Program-made: the position numbers and the translations under genes
Shown here: positions 1 to 9,302 of the stretch, in pieces
Position numbering within the stretch: position 1 is the first letter of the stretch
How the letters are laid out: every line of letters starts with the position of its first letter
Notes under the pieces: generated by a model
Told to the model about the DNA's origin: nothing
What the model saw: only the letters and a program-made list of their open reading frames with translations
The model's database searches: none
Assembly (NCBI GenBank): GCA_046593925.1
Contig: JBKJQN010000061.1
Span: forward strand, 2,410 to 66,409
Reading direction: 5' to 3'
Source: Mycobacteriales bacterium
GTDB taxonomy: Bacteria > Actinomycetota > Actinomycetes > Mycobacteriales > SCTD01
Length of the DNA stretch: 64,000 nucleotides

Positions 1-1
1 C

Positions 2-305
2 GTCGACCGGCGCGCTTCGGGAACGCCGGTGGTCTTCGCGGCTGTGGGCGCTGGCCTGATTCTGGTCAACCTGCTGTTCCTTGGCCTACCAGTCGAGCGT
101 GCTCCCTCGGGTGATCGGCAGCCTGCTCGTCGTCGGTCTGGTCGTCAGCACGCTCGTCGGGTTCGTGCGGCCAGACCTGCCGGCGATCATCCCCAAAGCC
201 ATCGCTCCACCTCCCGTCGCGGACTTTTGGCTAGTCCTGTACCTGGTCACCAAGGCCGGACGCGTGCCGAGGCGGCCCGACCAGCTCACCAAGTCAGCTG
301 CGTGA
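2..305 (+). pseudogene. 3' part of a DUF4386-like integral membrane protein gene, apparently frameshifted near nt 78-82 (5' end outside window)
   Basis: Frame 2 (nt 2-80) reads ..VVFAAVGAGLILVNLLFLG. Frame 3 (81-305) continues LAYQSSVLPRVIGSLLVVGLVVSTLVGF...DFWLVLYLVTKAG. Joined they make one hydrophobic protein; neither frame is complete alone. Confidence 0.35.
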
Positions 306-319
306 GCATCATGATGCGA

Positions 320-347
320 CCGGTCGTCCACCAGCCGGTCATCCACC
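320..347. repeat. Two 13-nt direct repeats CCGGTC(G/A)TCCACC with 15-nt period, just beyond the 3' end of tRNA-Ser
   Basis: Read directly: ccggtcgtccacc (320-332) and ccggtcatccacc (335-347). Confidence 0.8.
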
Positions 348-361
348 ATCGTGCAGGTCAG

Positions 362-448
362 CGGAGGGCGTGGGATTCGAACCCACGAGGAGCTTGCACC
401 CCTAGCGGTTTTCAAGACCGCCGCCATCGGCCACTAGGCGAGCCCTCC
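362..448 (-). tRNA. tRNA-Ser (anticodon UGA), class II with long variable arm; CCA not encoded
   Basis: The reverse complement folds as a cloverleaf. Acceptor GGAGGGC/GCCCTCC, anticodon stem GCGGT/ACCGC with loop CTTGAAA, long variable arm, T arm GTGGG-TTCGAAT-CCCAC, 87 nt. Confidence 0.93.
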
Positions 449-650
449 TGGAACGGCACCCAGTCTGCCGCAGTGGGCGAGGCGCCCTCGACCCAGCCGG
501 TCAGGCGCGGCCGGGAAACAGCGCGGCACCAGCCGTAAAGGGACCTTCGCCTCTGACCGTGGCATCCGAACCTGCATAGCGTTCGACGTGCGCCCCAGCG
601 CCCGACCAGCCCGCCGGTCGGCATCGGGCCGCAGCAAGGGGGACGGGGTC

Positions 651-878
651 GTGAACCAGAAGCACTACTCCCTGATGATCGCTCTGCTCGTGGTCGGGTC
701 CGTGCTGTTCTTGTCCGGCGCAACAGTCGGCGGGGCGCTGTTCCTGCTCTGGCCGCTCGCCTGCATGAGCATGATGTTCATGATGATGCGGGGCATGACG
801 GGCGGCACCCGGCGCGGAACCACGGACGCGCACGGCGGCATGACGCACTCGCACGACGACGCCCCCACGCATTCGTAG
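651..878 (+). CDS. DUF2933-like small membrane protein, Met/His-rich
   Basis: ORF 588..878. Internal GTG at 651 follows AAGGGGGA. Hydrophobic helices, then MSMMFMMMRGM and an HGGMTHSHDD tail. Sits directly upstream of a Cu-ATPase, as is typical for this family. Confidence 0.7.
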   Translation: MNQKHYSLMIALLVVGSVLFLSGATVGGALFLLWPLACMSMMFMMMRGMTGGTRRGTTDAHGGMTHSHDDAPTHS

Positions 879-933
879 CTGCCCGCGGCACCCGCGCGAT
901 ACGTGAACGGCACCGGCCGCTGAGGAGTTGGGC

Positions 934-3519
934 ATGAGCGCTGCACAGATCGTCGTCACCCTGGCCGGTCTGACAACGGCAGTCGGCCTGGGCTGGTTCT
1001 TCTTTCGCGCCCGGACGGCGACCGACGCCGTCGAGCGGGGCGGCGTCCAGCAGGCGCGGGTGGTGGTCAGGGGCGGCTACTCGCCCGACGTCATCAAGGC
1101 GCGCGCCGGTGTCCCGCTGCGCATCACGTTCGACCGGCAGGAGGCCGGCGACTGCAGCGCCCGGGTCGTCTTCGCCGACCTCGCCCAGAGCGCCTGGCTG
1201 GCTCCACGCGCCGAGACGACGGTCGAGCTGGCGCTGGACCGACCGGGACAGGTCGACTTCTCCTGCGGCATGAACATGATCCACGGGACGGTCATCGTCG
1301 AGGGCGACATCAGCGACCCGGTGGACGGCGTCGCCACGGCCGACAGCGCGTCCGGGGGCGCCGGTCTGCCTGGCAGCACCAGCGACGGGGCGATGGCGCC
1401 GACAGCTGCCGACACGCAGGACCGGGAGGCAGCCGGCCGCCGGCGGGAGGTCAAGGACCTGACCCGCAGGCTGGTGGTCGGTGCCGTCCTGACGGTTCCG
1501 GTGTTCGCCGCGGTGATGGCGGACGGCCTCGGCGCCGGCTGGGTGCCGAGCGTGCTGCTGGACCGGTGGGTCCAGCTCGCGTTGATCGCACCGGTGATGG
1601 GGTGGGTCGGCTGGCCGATCCACCGCACCGGCTGGCTCGCGCTCGCGCACCGGGCCGCAGACATGAATAGCCTCATCACTCTCGGTACGGTCGCGGCGTT
1701 TGGCTACTCGACGGTGGTGACCGTCACTCCGGGCCTGGTCCCCCAGGACGTATGGGGGGTCTACTTCGAGGCCGTTGGCGTCATCATCACGTTGATCATG
1801 CTCGGCCGGCTGCTGGAGGCCCGGGCGAAGGCCGGCACCGGTGAGGCAATCCGCCGGCTGATCGGCCTGCAGCCGGCGATCGCCCGGGTGCTGCGCGACG
1901 GCGTCGAGGTGGAGGTCGAGGTCGCGGAGGTCATCGCCGGTGACATCGTGACGGTCCGGCCCGGCGAGAAGATTCCCGTGGACGGCACGGTCGTGGACGG
2001 CCGGTCCAGCGTCGACGAGTCGATGGTGACCGGTGAGTCCATGCCGGTCGGCAAGGCCGTCGGCGACTCGGTCGTCGGGGCGACGCTGAACCAGACCGGC
2101 GCCTTCAGCATGCGCACGACGAAGGTCGGCCGTGACTCGACGCTCGCCCAGATCGTCCGCCTCGTGCAGGCCGCGCAGAGCTCCAAGGCACCGATCCAGC
2201 GGACCGTCGACGCGATCTCGCGCTACTTCGTGCCGGCGGTGCTGCTGGTCGCGATAGCGAGCTTTGTCATCTGGTACGACGTCGGCCCCTCGCCGGCCCT
2301 CACGTTCGCACTGGTGTCCGCGGTGGCCGTACTGATCATCGCCTGCCCCTGTGCGCTGGGGTTGGCGACCCCGCTGTCGATCATGGTGTCGACCGGCAAG
2401 GGCGCGGAAGCCGGCGTGCTGATCCGCTCCGCCGCCGCGCTGGAGACCGCGCACCGGCTCGACACACTGGTCCTGGACAAGACCGGGACACTGACCCGGG
2501 GCCACCCCGAGCTCACTGACGTCATGACGGTCGGCGAGCTCGGCAGGGCCGAGCTACTGAGCTTTGTCGCGGTGGCCGAGCGGCGCTCCGAGCACCCGCT
2601 CGCCGGTGCGCTGGTCGCCGGCGCCCGGGACGAGGGCATCGAGCTGGGCGAGCCGGACGCGTTCGACTCCGTCACCGGCATGGGCATCCTCGCGACGGTC
2701 CGCGGCCACCGGGTCCACATCGGCAATGCCCGGCTGCTCACCGACGTGGGCATCGACCCGGCTCCAATGGCGGCGACGGCTGAGTCCCTCGCCGCTGACG
2801 GCAAGACCCCCATGCTCGTCGCGGTCGACGGCCGGCCCGCCGGCATCGTGGCGGTCGCGGACCGCATCAAGGACGACGCCGCCGCGGCGGTCGCTGCGCT
2901 CAAGCACCGCGGGATCGTGGTTGTCATGCTCACCGGGGACAACCGGCGGACCGCCGAGGCCGTCGGGCGAGTCGTGGGGGTGGACCGGGTCCTGGCCGAG
3001 GTCCTGCCCGGTGACAAGGTCGCCGAGGTCCGGCGCCTGCAGGCTGACGGCCGACTCGTCGGGATGGTCGGGGACGGCATCAACGACGCCCCGGCCCTGG
3101 CCCAGGCCGACGTCGGCATCGCGATCGGCACCGGCACCGACGTCGCTATCGAGGCCGCAGACATCACCCTCATGTCCGGGGCACTCACCGGGCTGGTCAC
3201 AGCCATCGCCCTGTCCGGGGAGACGATGCGCAACATCCGCCAGAACCTGGTGTTCGCGTTCGGGTACAACGCGCTGGGCATCCCGCTCGCCGCCGGCGCG
3301 CTGTATCCGTTCGTCGGCCTGCGTCTGAGCCCGATGATCGCGGCTGCGGCGATGGCTGCGAGCTCGCTGTCCGTCGTCACGAACGCCAACCGGCTGCGCC
3401 GGTTCCAGCCCCCGCGGCTCGTCGCGACGCAGCGCCCGGAGATACCGCCGAGCACCGCCGTACCGGGCCGACCCGACCTGCCGGAGCCGGTCCCCGCCCG
3501 AACCCGCGCCGGCGCGTGA
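934..3519 (+). CDS. copA: Copper-translocating P1B-type ATPase with N-terminal cupredoxin-like domain instead of a CxxC HMA domain
   Basis: ORF 928..3519; ATG 934 follows GAGGAG. Motifs: GDCSARVVF...[14 protein letters not shown] (cupredoxin-like), TM CPC ([12 protein letters not shown]), [15 protein letters not shown]. Confidence 0.9.
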   Translation: MSAAQIVVTLAGLTTAVGLGWFFFRARTATDAVERGGVQQARVVVRGGYSPDVIKARAGVPLRITFDRQEAGDCSARVVFADLAQSAWLAPRAETTVELALDRPGQVDFSCGMNMIHGTVIVEGDISDPVDGVATADSASGGAGLPGSTSDGAMAPTAADTQDREAAGRRREVKDLTRRLVVGAVLTVPVFAAVMADGLGAGWVPSVLLDRWVQLALIAPVMGWVGWPIHRTGWLALAHRAADMNSLITLGTVAAFGYSTVVTVTPGLVPQDVWGVYFEAVGVIITLIMLGRLLEARAKAGTGEAIRRLIGLQPAIARVLRDGVEVEVEVAEVIAGDIVTVRPGEKIPVDGTVVDGRSSVDESMVTGESMPVGKAVGDSVVGATLNQTGAFSMRTTKVGRDSTLAQIVRLVQAAQSSKAPIQRTVDAISRYFVPAVLLVAIASFVIWYDVGPSPALTFALVSAVAVLIIACPCALGLATPLSIMVSTGKGAEAGVLIRSAAALETAHRLDTLVLDKTGTLTRGHPELTDVMTVGELGRAELLSFVAVAERRSEHPLAGALVAGARDEGIELGEPDAFDSVTGMGILATVRGHRVHIGNARLLTDVGIDPAPMAATAESLAADGKTPMLVAVDGRPAGIVAVADRIKDDAAAAVAALKHRGIVVVMLTGDNRRTAEAVGRVVGVDRVLAEVLPGDKVAEVRRLQADGRLVGMVGDGINDAPALAQADVGIAIGTGTDVAIEAADITLMSGALTGLVTAIALSGETMRNIRQNLVFAFGYNALGIPLAAGALYPFVGLRLSPMIAAAAMAASSLSVVTNANRLRRFQPPRLVATQRPEIPPSTAVPGRPDLPEPVPARTRAGA

Positions 3520-6335
3520 CCGGCTGGGACCCAGCGGGGAACGCGCCCGGCGTCACCGCGGTCTCCGCGCTGCGCGCACCGGTGCACGCCGCGGGTGTTG
3601 CCGAGGTCACCGCGCTGCTGTGCACCGACGCCGCCCGCGGGCTCGCGGCCGGGTCGGCGGCAGAGCGACTCCTCGAGGTCGGGCCGAACGAGCTCGACGG
3701 CCAGGGGAAGGCGGGCTGGGCCGGCATCCTGTGGGGCCAGCTCAGCTCACCCATGATCGTCCTGCTGGCGGCGGCCGGGCTGTTGTCCGCATTGCTCGGC
3801 GACGTCACGGAGGCGGTCGTCATCTGCGGCGTCGTCCTGCTCAACACCGGTATCGGCTTTCGGCAGGAGTACCGGGCGCAGGCCGCGATGGCGTCGCTGC
3901 AGGTTCTGGCAATCCCCACGGTGAGCGTGGTGCGGGACGGCCGGGTGACGGAGGTCGTGGCCCGCGAGCTCGTACCCGGCGACCTGGTCCGGCTGGAGGC
4001 CGGCGTCCGGGTGCCCGCCGACGGGCGCCTGGTCGAGGCGTACGCACTTCGTGTGGAGGAAGCCACGCTGACCGGCGAGTCGGTCCCCGCGGACAAGGGC
4101 CGCGAGCCGGTTGCCCTGACGGCGCCACTGGCCGAGCGGGCGTCGATGGCGTACGCGGGGACCAGCGTGGCTTCGGGCCGCGGGTCGATGCTCGTCACGG
4201 CCACCGGCATGCGGGCCGAGCTCGGCCGGATCGCCGGGCTGCTGCGGGGCGCCGACCCGGGCCGGACCCCGCTGCAGCGGCGGCTCGACGTGCTGGTCCG
4301 GCGGCTCGCCCTGGTCACCGGCGGCGTGGTGCTGGTGGTCACCGGACTGGGTGTCCTGCAGGGGCAGAGCTTCGACAGGCTCGTCCTGACGGCGGTCAGC
4401 CTGGCCATCGCGGCCATCCCGGAGAGCCTGCCGGCGGTGGTGACGATCACCCTGGCGCTCGGGGCCCAGCGGATGCTGCGGCGCCGCGCGCTGGTGCGGC
4501 ACCTGTACGCCGTCGAGACCCTCGGGTCGGTGACGACGATCTGCTCGGACAAGACCGGCACGTTGACCCAGAACCGGATGGTCGTCACGGCTCTGGAGAC
4601 CGCGGACGACCACCGCGTCGTCCCTCCTGAGGTGGGTGATGCCGACCCGCAGGGGCTCGACACCGCAGCACTGCGGCTGCTCGTCGTGGGTGCCATCTTG
4701 TGCAACGACACCGTGACGGGCGAGGACGGCGGGCTCACCGGTGATCCCACCGAGACCGCGCTCGTGGTGGCCGGCCGGCGGTACGGGATGGACAAGCAGT
4801 CGCTGGACGCGGCGTGGCGTCGGGTGGGGGAGCTGCCCTTCGACGCCGATCGCAAGCGCATGACCACCGTCCACGCCCTGCCGTCCGGGCCGGACGTAGC
4901 GCCCACAGGGTGCGGCCTGGCTGTCCTGCAGGACGCCCCAGGCGGCCGGGTGGCGTTCACCAAGGGTGCGCTGGACGGCCTGCTGGAGTGCTGCGACACC
5001 GTCCTGGTCGACGGCCGGCCCGTACCGCTGGACGCCGGACGCCTCGCCGCTGCCCGCGCGGCCGGGGAGCGCCTCGCGGCGGACGGCCTCCGCGTGCTCG
5101 GCGTCGCCATGCGCGTCTGGCCGGCATCGCTCGAGGTCGACCATGACCTGTCCGTTGAGTCGTCGATGACCCTGCTCGGCGTACAGGGGATGATCGACCC
5201 GCCGCGCAGCGAGGTCGCCGCGTCCGTTGCCCTGTGCCGGGCGGCCGGTGTCCGCGCCGTCATGATCACCGGGGACCACCCACTCACGGCCCGCGCAGTC
5301 GCCCGTGAGCTCGGCATCGCCGACGTCGGGGATCACATCGTCACCGGTGCCGAGCTGGCCGCCCAGGATGACGACGAACTCGTGGCGACGGCACGTTCGA
5401 CGTCGGTGTACGCACGGGTGTCGCCGCAGGACAAGCTGCGGGTGGTCGAGGCGCTGCAGCGCGACGGCGGCATCGTGTCGATGACCGGGGATGGGGTCAA
5501 CGACGCCCCCGCGCTGAAGCAGGCCGACATCGGCGTTGCCATGGGCATCACCGGGACCGACATCAGCAAGGAGGCCGCCGACGTCGTCCTGCAGGACGAC
5601 GACTTCTCGACGATCGTCGGTGCGGTCCGCGAGGGCCGCACCGTCTTCGACAACATCAGGAAGTTCATTCGCAACATCCTCAGTGGCAACCTCGCCGAGG
5701 TGGCGATCATGGTCCTCGCCCCGCTGATCGGCATGCCCATCCCGTTGCTGCCGCTGCAGATCCTCTGGCTGAACCTCGCCACCGACGGCCTGCCGGCCAT
5801 CGCGCTGGCCGTCGAACCCGCCGAGCCCGACATCATGCGGCGACCGCCGACCGCCCGGGGCGCGAGCCTGTTCGGTGCCGACGGTGGCCGCCTCATCCTG
5901 GTGCGGGGCACGGTGCTGACGGTGCTGACGCTGGTCCCGACGTACCTGCTGTGGCGGGCCGGCGACGCCGCCTGGCAGACGGTGTTGTTCACCTCGATCG
6001 CCTTCGCCGAGCTTGCGGGTGGCTTCGCCATGCGCTCCGAGGACCGCCCGCTCTGGCGCCTGGGAGCCTTCTCGAACCGGTCGCTGGTCGGAGCCGTGAT
6101 GCTGACCGTGACGCTGCAGGTGCTGCTGGTCACGGTCCCGCCGGTCCGTGGCGTCCTCGGGCTGCGGGCAATGGGGCAGGCGCACTGGCTGCTCAGCGTG
6201 GTCATCGCGATGGGCTACCTCGCGGCGATCGAGGCCGACAAAGCGCTACGCCGGCGCCCCCCGACCCCGAACGAGCCGAGCCGGGACGTTCGGCCCTGGC
6301 GACCGGACGAGCCGCGGTTAAAAGGTGCAGCATGA
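3516..6335 (+). CDS. P2-type cation-transporting ATPase (CtpF / Ca2+-ATPase-like)
   Basis: The GTG overlaps the copA stop (GTGA). Motifs: [40 protein letters not shown]. Long C-terminal TM bundle, no CPC motif. Confidence 0.88.
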   Translation: MTGWDPAGNAPGVTAVSALRAPVHAAGVAEVTALLCTDAARGLAAGSAAERLLEVGPNELDGQGKAGWAGILWGQLSSPMIVLLAAAGLLSALLGDVTEAVVICGVVLLNTGIGFRQEYRAQAAMASLQVLAIPTVSVVRDGRVTEVVARELVPGDLVRLEAGVRVPADGRLVEAYALRVEEATLTGESVPADKGREPVALTAPLAERASMAYAGTSVASGRGSMLVTATGMRAELGRIAGLLRGADPGRTPLQRRLDVLVRRLALVTGGVVLVVTGLGVLQGQSFDRLVLTAVSLAIAAIPESLPAVVTITLALGAQRMLRRRALVRHLYAVETLGSVTTICSDKTGTLTQNRMVVTALETADDHRVVPPEVGDADPQGLDTAALRLLVVGAILCNDTVTGEDGGLTGDPTETALVVAGRRYGMDKQSLDAAWRRVGELPFDADRKRMTTVHALPSGPDVAPTGCGLAVLQDAPGGRVAFTKGALDGLLECCDTVLVDGRPVPLDAGRLAAARAAGERLAADGLRVLGVAMRVWPASLEVDHDLSVESSMTLLGVQGMIDPPRSEVAASVALCRAAGVRAVMITGDHPLTARAVARELGIADVGDHIVTGAELAAQDDDELVATARSTSVYARVSPQDKLRVVEALQRDGGIVSMTGDGVNDAPALKQADIGVAMGITGTDISKEAADVVLQDDDFSTIVGAVREGRTVFDNIRKFIRNILSGNLAEVAIMVLAPLIGMPIPLLPLQILWLNLATDGLPAIALAVEPAEPDIMRRPPTARGASLFGADGGRLILVRGTVLTVLTLVPTYLLWRAGDAAWQTVLFTSIAFAELAGGFAMRSEDRPLWRLGAFSNRSLVGAVMLTVTLQVLLVTVPPVRGVLGLRAMGQAHWLLSVVIAMGYLAAIEADKALRRRPPTPNEPSRDVRPWRPDEPRLKGAA

Positions 6336-6352
6336 GCATGACCAGCATGGAG

Positions 6353-6391
6353 AGCAGTTCCGGTGAGCAGTTCCGGTGAGCAGCTCCGGCC
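6353..6391. repeat. 13-bp tandem repeat x3 (GAGCAGTTCCGGT, GAGCAGTTCCGGT, GAGCAGCTCCGGC)
   Basis: Read directly. Starts 18 nt after the ATPase stop and is preceded by GCATGA-GCATGA-(CCA)-GCATGG iterations (6330-6350). Confidence 0.9.
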
Positions 6392-6692
6392 GGGTAGGCG
6401 ACGTGCCCGCGCCCGCCGACTGGCGGCTGCCCGCGCTGCTGCTGGACGGGGTGGTCGGGGTGGGCTACCTGGCGGCCGGCACGCTCGCTGGGGCCGGGAC
6501 GAGCTCGGCACGGGGGAGATGTGGAACTCCAACTCGGTCACCTCCTGGTCTCTGGAACGCAGCGGCCTGGACCCGCTGGCGGTCGGCGTGCCACCCGGCG
6601 GCAGAGCGCCCGGATGGCGCGCCGGGGTCGACGCTGCCCGCGGCCTGCCATGACCTGCCCCCTCGGGCGCGACGGGGTCTGAGCTCGGCGAC

Positions 6693-6708
6693 CGGGACCT
6701 TGGTCCCG
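6693..6708. promoter_or_regulatory. DosR/DevR (OsdR)-type box: CGGGACC-TT-GGTCCCG
   Basis: Perfect 7-bp inverted arms around a TT centre, about 85 nt upstream of the USP start codon. Close to the mycobacterial consensus TTSGGGACTWWAGTCCCSAA. Confidence 0.55.
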
Positions 6709-6790
6709 ATCCTCGACAGCCGTACGACCCTTCCGGCACCGCGCCGCGGGGGACACGATCGAGTTATCCGTCAGCCAGGAAGAGGACACC

Positions 6791-7708
6791 ATGCGCGAGA
6801 TCGTGACCGGGGTGGACCAGGAAGCAGGCCGCGTGCTGGAGCGAGCCCTGCTCGAGGGCGAGACCACCGGGCGGCCGGTCCGGGTCGTGCACGTGTGGTC
6901 GACACCGACCTGGGCGGGTGGCCCCAGCGGCGGCTACGACCTGCCCGCGTTCGAGGACAGCGCCCGTTGGGCCAAGGACATCGCCGACGACCAGCTCGCG
7001 AAGGCGCTGCTGCAGCGCAGTTCCGATGTCGCCGTCAGCACCAGCACGCAGGCGGCGCAGGGCGACCCCGGCGACGTGTTGGCCCGCGCCGGTACCCATG
7101 CCGGCCTGGTCGTCGTCGGTGGCCGCAGCCACGGGGCCATGCTGAGCGCCGTGCTGGGCTCGGCGACCGCGCATGTCCTGCACTACTCAAGCGGCCCCGT
7201 CATGGTTGTCCCCGCCGGCGCCGCCCCCGGCTCCTACCGCCGGGTCGTCGTCGGCGTGGACGACTCGGACTGCTCCAGGGCGGCGCTGCGCTGGGCGCTG
7301 GACGCCGGTCGCCGCCACCGGTGCCCGGTCGTGGTGCTGCACGCGCTGGCGATGACCCCGTCGCCGGTGCCGATGTCGGCGCAGTTCACCGACGCCCACG
7401 AGGAGGCCGAGATCCGGGCGTGGCTGCAGGGCGAGGTCGACAGCGCGACGGGCGTCGCAGCCAACGTCGAGGTGACGACCGGGGCCCGTGACGGGGCGCC
7501 CTCGGCCGTCCTGCTGGGCGAGGCCGGCCCCGAGGACCTGCTCGTGGTCGGCTCGCGGGGCCGCGGCGGCTTCCTGGACCTGGTGCTGGGCTCGGTCGCG
7601 ACGCAGTGCTCCCAGCACGCCCGCGGGGTCGTCGTCGTCGTCCGTGCCGGGCAGGCTCGCTTGGCCGACGAGCCCGACCTTGCCGCGGCCACGGGGGACC
7701 ACGCCTGA
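6791..7708 (+). CDS. Universal stress protein with two tandem Usp domains
   Basis: Two repeats of the Usp pattern: IVTGVDQE...LVVVGGRSHGAMLSAVLGSATAHVLHYSSGPVMVVP and VVVGVDDSD...LLVVGSRGRGGFLDLVLGSVATQCSQHARGVVVVV. RBS GGAAGAGGA. Confidence 0.9.
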   Translation: MREIVTGVDQEAGRVLERALLEGETTGRPVRVVHVWSTPTWAGGPSGGYDLPAFEDSARWAKDIADDQLAKALLQRSSDVAVSTSTQAAQGDPGDVLARAGTHAGLVVVGGRSHGAMLSAVLGSATAHVLHYSSGPVMVVPAGAAPGSYRRVVVGVDDSDCSRAALRWALDAGRRHRCPVVVLHALAMTPSPVPMSAQFTDAHEEAEIRAWLQGEVDSATGVAANVEVTTGARDGAPSAVLLGEAGPEDLLVVGSRGRGGFLDLVLGSVATQCSQHARGVVVVVRAGQARLADEPDLAAATGDHA

Positions 7709-7737
7709 TGTCCTTCCTCGGGTAGGCACCCGCACCG

Positions 7738-8306
7738 GTGCACCTCGGAAAGGGGCCGACGCCGGCCCTGACGGCCCACCGGGTATCCCGACGCGATGTG
7801 CTGAAGGCCTTCGGCGTCGGAGGCGCCGCTGTGGTCGTCGTCGGTACGGGGGCGCCGAGCTACCGGGTGTTCGACAGCGGCGCCTTGGATCCGGGCAGCC
7901 GCGCGGCGTGCGACCCGTGGGACCACTGGCACGACCCGGGCCCGCTCGGGGCGATCGGCGCCGCTGTGCTGGCAGCGAGCCCGCACCGCACCCAGCTGCC
8001 GCCGTTCCACGTCACGGCCGGTGCGATCGACGTACACGTCGTCGCGTCGCGCAATCTCGGCTCCTGCTCGCCGGGCCGGCCCCGCCGCTCCTGCGCCAGG
8101 CCCCGGCGCGCTCGGCATCGAGATAGGCAGGCCGTTCCGCCCTGGCTATCGAGGTACGCCGGGCTGCCGGCGGCGACGCCGGCTTCCTGACCGAGATGCT
8201 CGTCGCCGGTGCGGACCAGCGGCCGGACGTGCCGACCGTGACACCCGCCCGGCGCGGTGCGCTGACGATGCTGCTGCCCCTGGACCGGCCGGAGAGCAGT
8301 CTGCGG
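7738..8306 (+). pseudogene. Remnant of an Acg-family (nitroreductase-like) FMN oxidoreductase with Tat-like signal; truncated and frame-broken
   Basis: N-terminus SRRDVLKAFGVGGAAVV...DPWDHWHDPGPLGAIGAAVLAASPHRTQLPPFHV..IDVHVVASRNLG fits the family. Similarity then scatters over three frames (e.g. GALGIEIG, FLTEMLVAG). Only about 190 codons of space remain before crcB. Confidence 0.45.
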
Positions 8307-8723
8307 TCAGAGCGCAGTCAGGCCGAGCCCGACGGCGGCCGCGACGGTCGTGACCGCGAGGGTGCCCAGCGCATTCCACGCGGCGAGGTCCACCCGACCG
8401 TCCTGGGCGAGCCTGACGCTGGTGACCGACACCGCCGAGAAGGTTGTGAAGCCACCGCAGAAGCCGGTGCCGAGCGCGACCCGCAGCAGATCCGGGGCGC
8501 CGCGGAACAGCACCAGCCCGGTGAGCAGGCCGAGCAGCAGACTGCCCAGCGTGTTGACCAGCAGCGTCGGCCAGGGGAAGACCGGCGGCCGCCGGACCAG
8601 CAGGGCGCCGTCGAGGACGACCCGGGCGACCGCGCCCAGCCCGCCCGCCAGCCCGACCGCGACCGTCAGGCCCACCGATACCTGCCCCGGCGCTCCGGCG
8701 GCCGCAACGAGCCCGGAACTCAC
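8307..8723 (-). CDS. crcB: Fluoride channel CrcB/FluC, downstream copy
   Basis: C-terminal part of ORF 8307..9020: FPWPTLLVNTLGSLLLG...GTGFCGGFTTFSAVS. The GTG at 8723 overlaps the stop of the upstream crcB (GTGA). Confidence 0.88.
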   Translation of the reverse strand: MSSGLVAAAGAPGQVSVGLTVAVGLAGGLGAVARVVLDGALLVRRPPVFPWPTLLVNTLGSLLLGLLTGLVLFRGAPDLLRVALGTGFCGGFTTFSAVSVTSVRLAQDGRVDLAAWNALGTLAVTTVAAAVGLGLTAL

Positions 8724-9160
8724 TGAGTTGGCCTGGGGACGAGCGCGGCGCCGAGCAACAGCCCGGCAGCCCCGGCGGCCAGGCCAGTGAGCGCGCTGCC
8801 CGTGCCGTAGGCGACTGCGAGCGCCGCGCGGTTGTCGCGCACCAGCAGCACCACCTCGACGGCGAGCGAGGAGTACGTGGTGAAGGCGCCGAGCACGCCG
8901 GCACCAAGTGCCAACCGCAGGGCGCGCCGGCGGCCTTCGTCGGGACCGCGCCTGGCCAGCCCCTCGAGCAGCACGCCCAGCAGCAGGGCGCCGGGAAGGT
9001 TGGCGAGCAGGGTCGCCCACGGCAGCGCGCCGGCTGGCACCGTGCGGATCAGGGCCCAGCGGAGCAGGGCACCCGCGCTGCCGCCGATGAGGACCAGGAC
9101 CAACAGACGTGGCTGCAGATGAGCCGGTTTCGGGTCAACGCGCTGCGGTTGGACGGGCAC
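8720..9160 (-). CDS. crcB: Fluoride channel CrcB/FluC, upstream copy
   Basis: C-terminal part of ORF 8720..9571: LPWATLLANLPGALLLG...GAGVLGAFTTYSSLA. The in-frame GTG at 9160 is my best start; the start is uncertain. Confidence 0.82.
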   Translation of the reverse strand: MPVQPQRVDPKPAHLQPRLLVLVLIGGSAGALLRWALIRTVPAGALPWATLLANLPGALLLGVLLEGLARRGPDEGRRRALRLALGAGVLGAFTTYSSLAVEVVLLVRDNRAALAVAYGTGSALTGLAAGAAGLLLGAALVPRPTQ

Positions 9161-9302
9161 GAGACATCCTCGCCCACCAGCCTCGCAGCGGGGCCGGAGG
9201 CGTACTCGCCACCCGATCGGCGGACAAGAGCGGCGTTCAGCCGGTCGACATGGACGTGGACCGGCCCCCGCCTCCTCGCCCTTCGCCGTTTCTGGAGCCC
9301 CT

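Noticed and set aside
448-650. Search for CsoR, CopY or MerR/CueR-type operators or a DosR box upstream of the DUF2933-copA genes
   Set aside because: I found only a GGGACCTT half-site (about 540-550) and a short CCGACC/GGTCGG inverted repeat. Nothing convincingly matches known copper-sensor operators.
778-2505. 575-aa ORF on the minus strand, with similar long ORFs at 2223..3587, 3377..5317 and 3747..6185
   Set aside because: They lie antisense to or out of frame with the two P-type ATPase genes. They have Arg/Pro/Gly/Ala-rich low-complexity translations with no recognisable motifs. These are typical shadow ORFs of very GC-rich DNA.
6353-6391. Possibility that the tandem repeat is a CRISPR array
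   Set aside because: The units are contiguous 13-mers with no spacers, there are only three copies, and no cas genes are present. It is a simple tandem repeat.
6376-7491. 371-aa plus-strand ORF spanning the 6335-6790 gap and overlapping the USP gene
   Set aside because: It is out of frame with the clearly recognisable USP and its translation is Arg/Gly/Pro-rich. The short hydrophobic start (DWRLPALLLDGVVGVGYLAAG) is not followed by any coherent domain.
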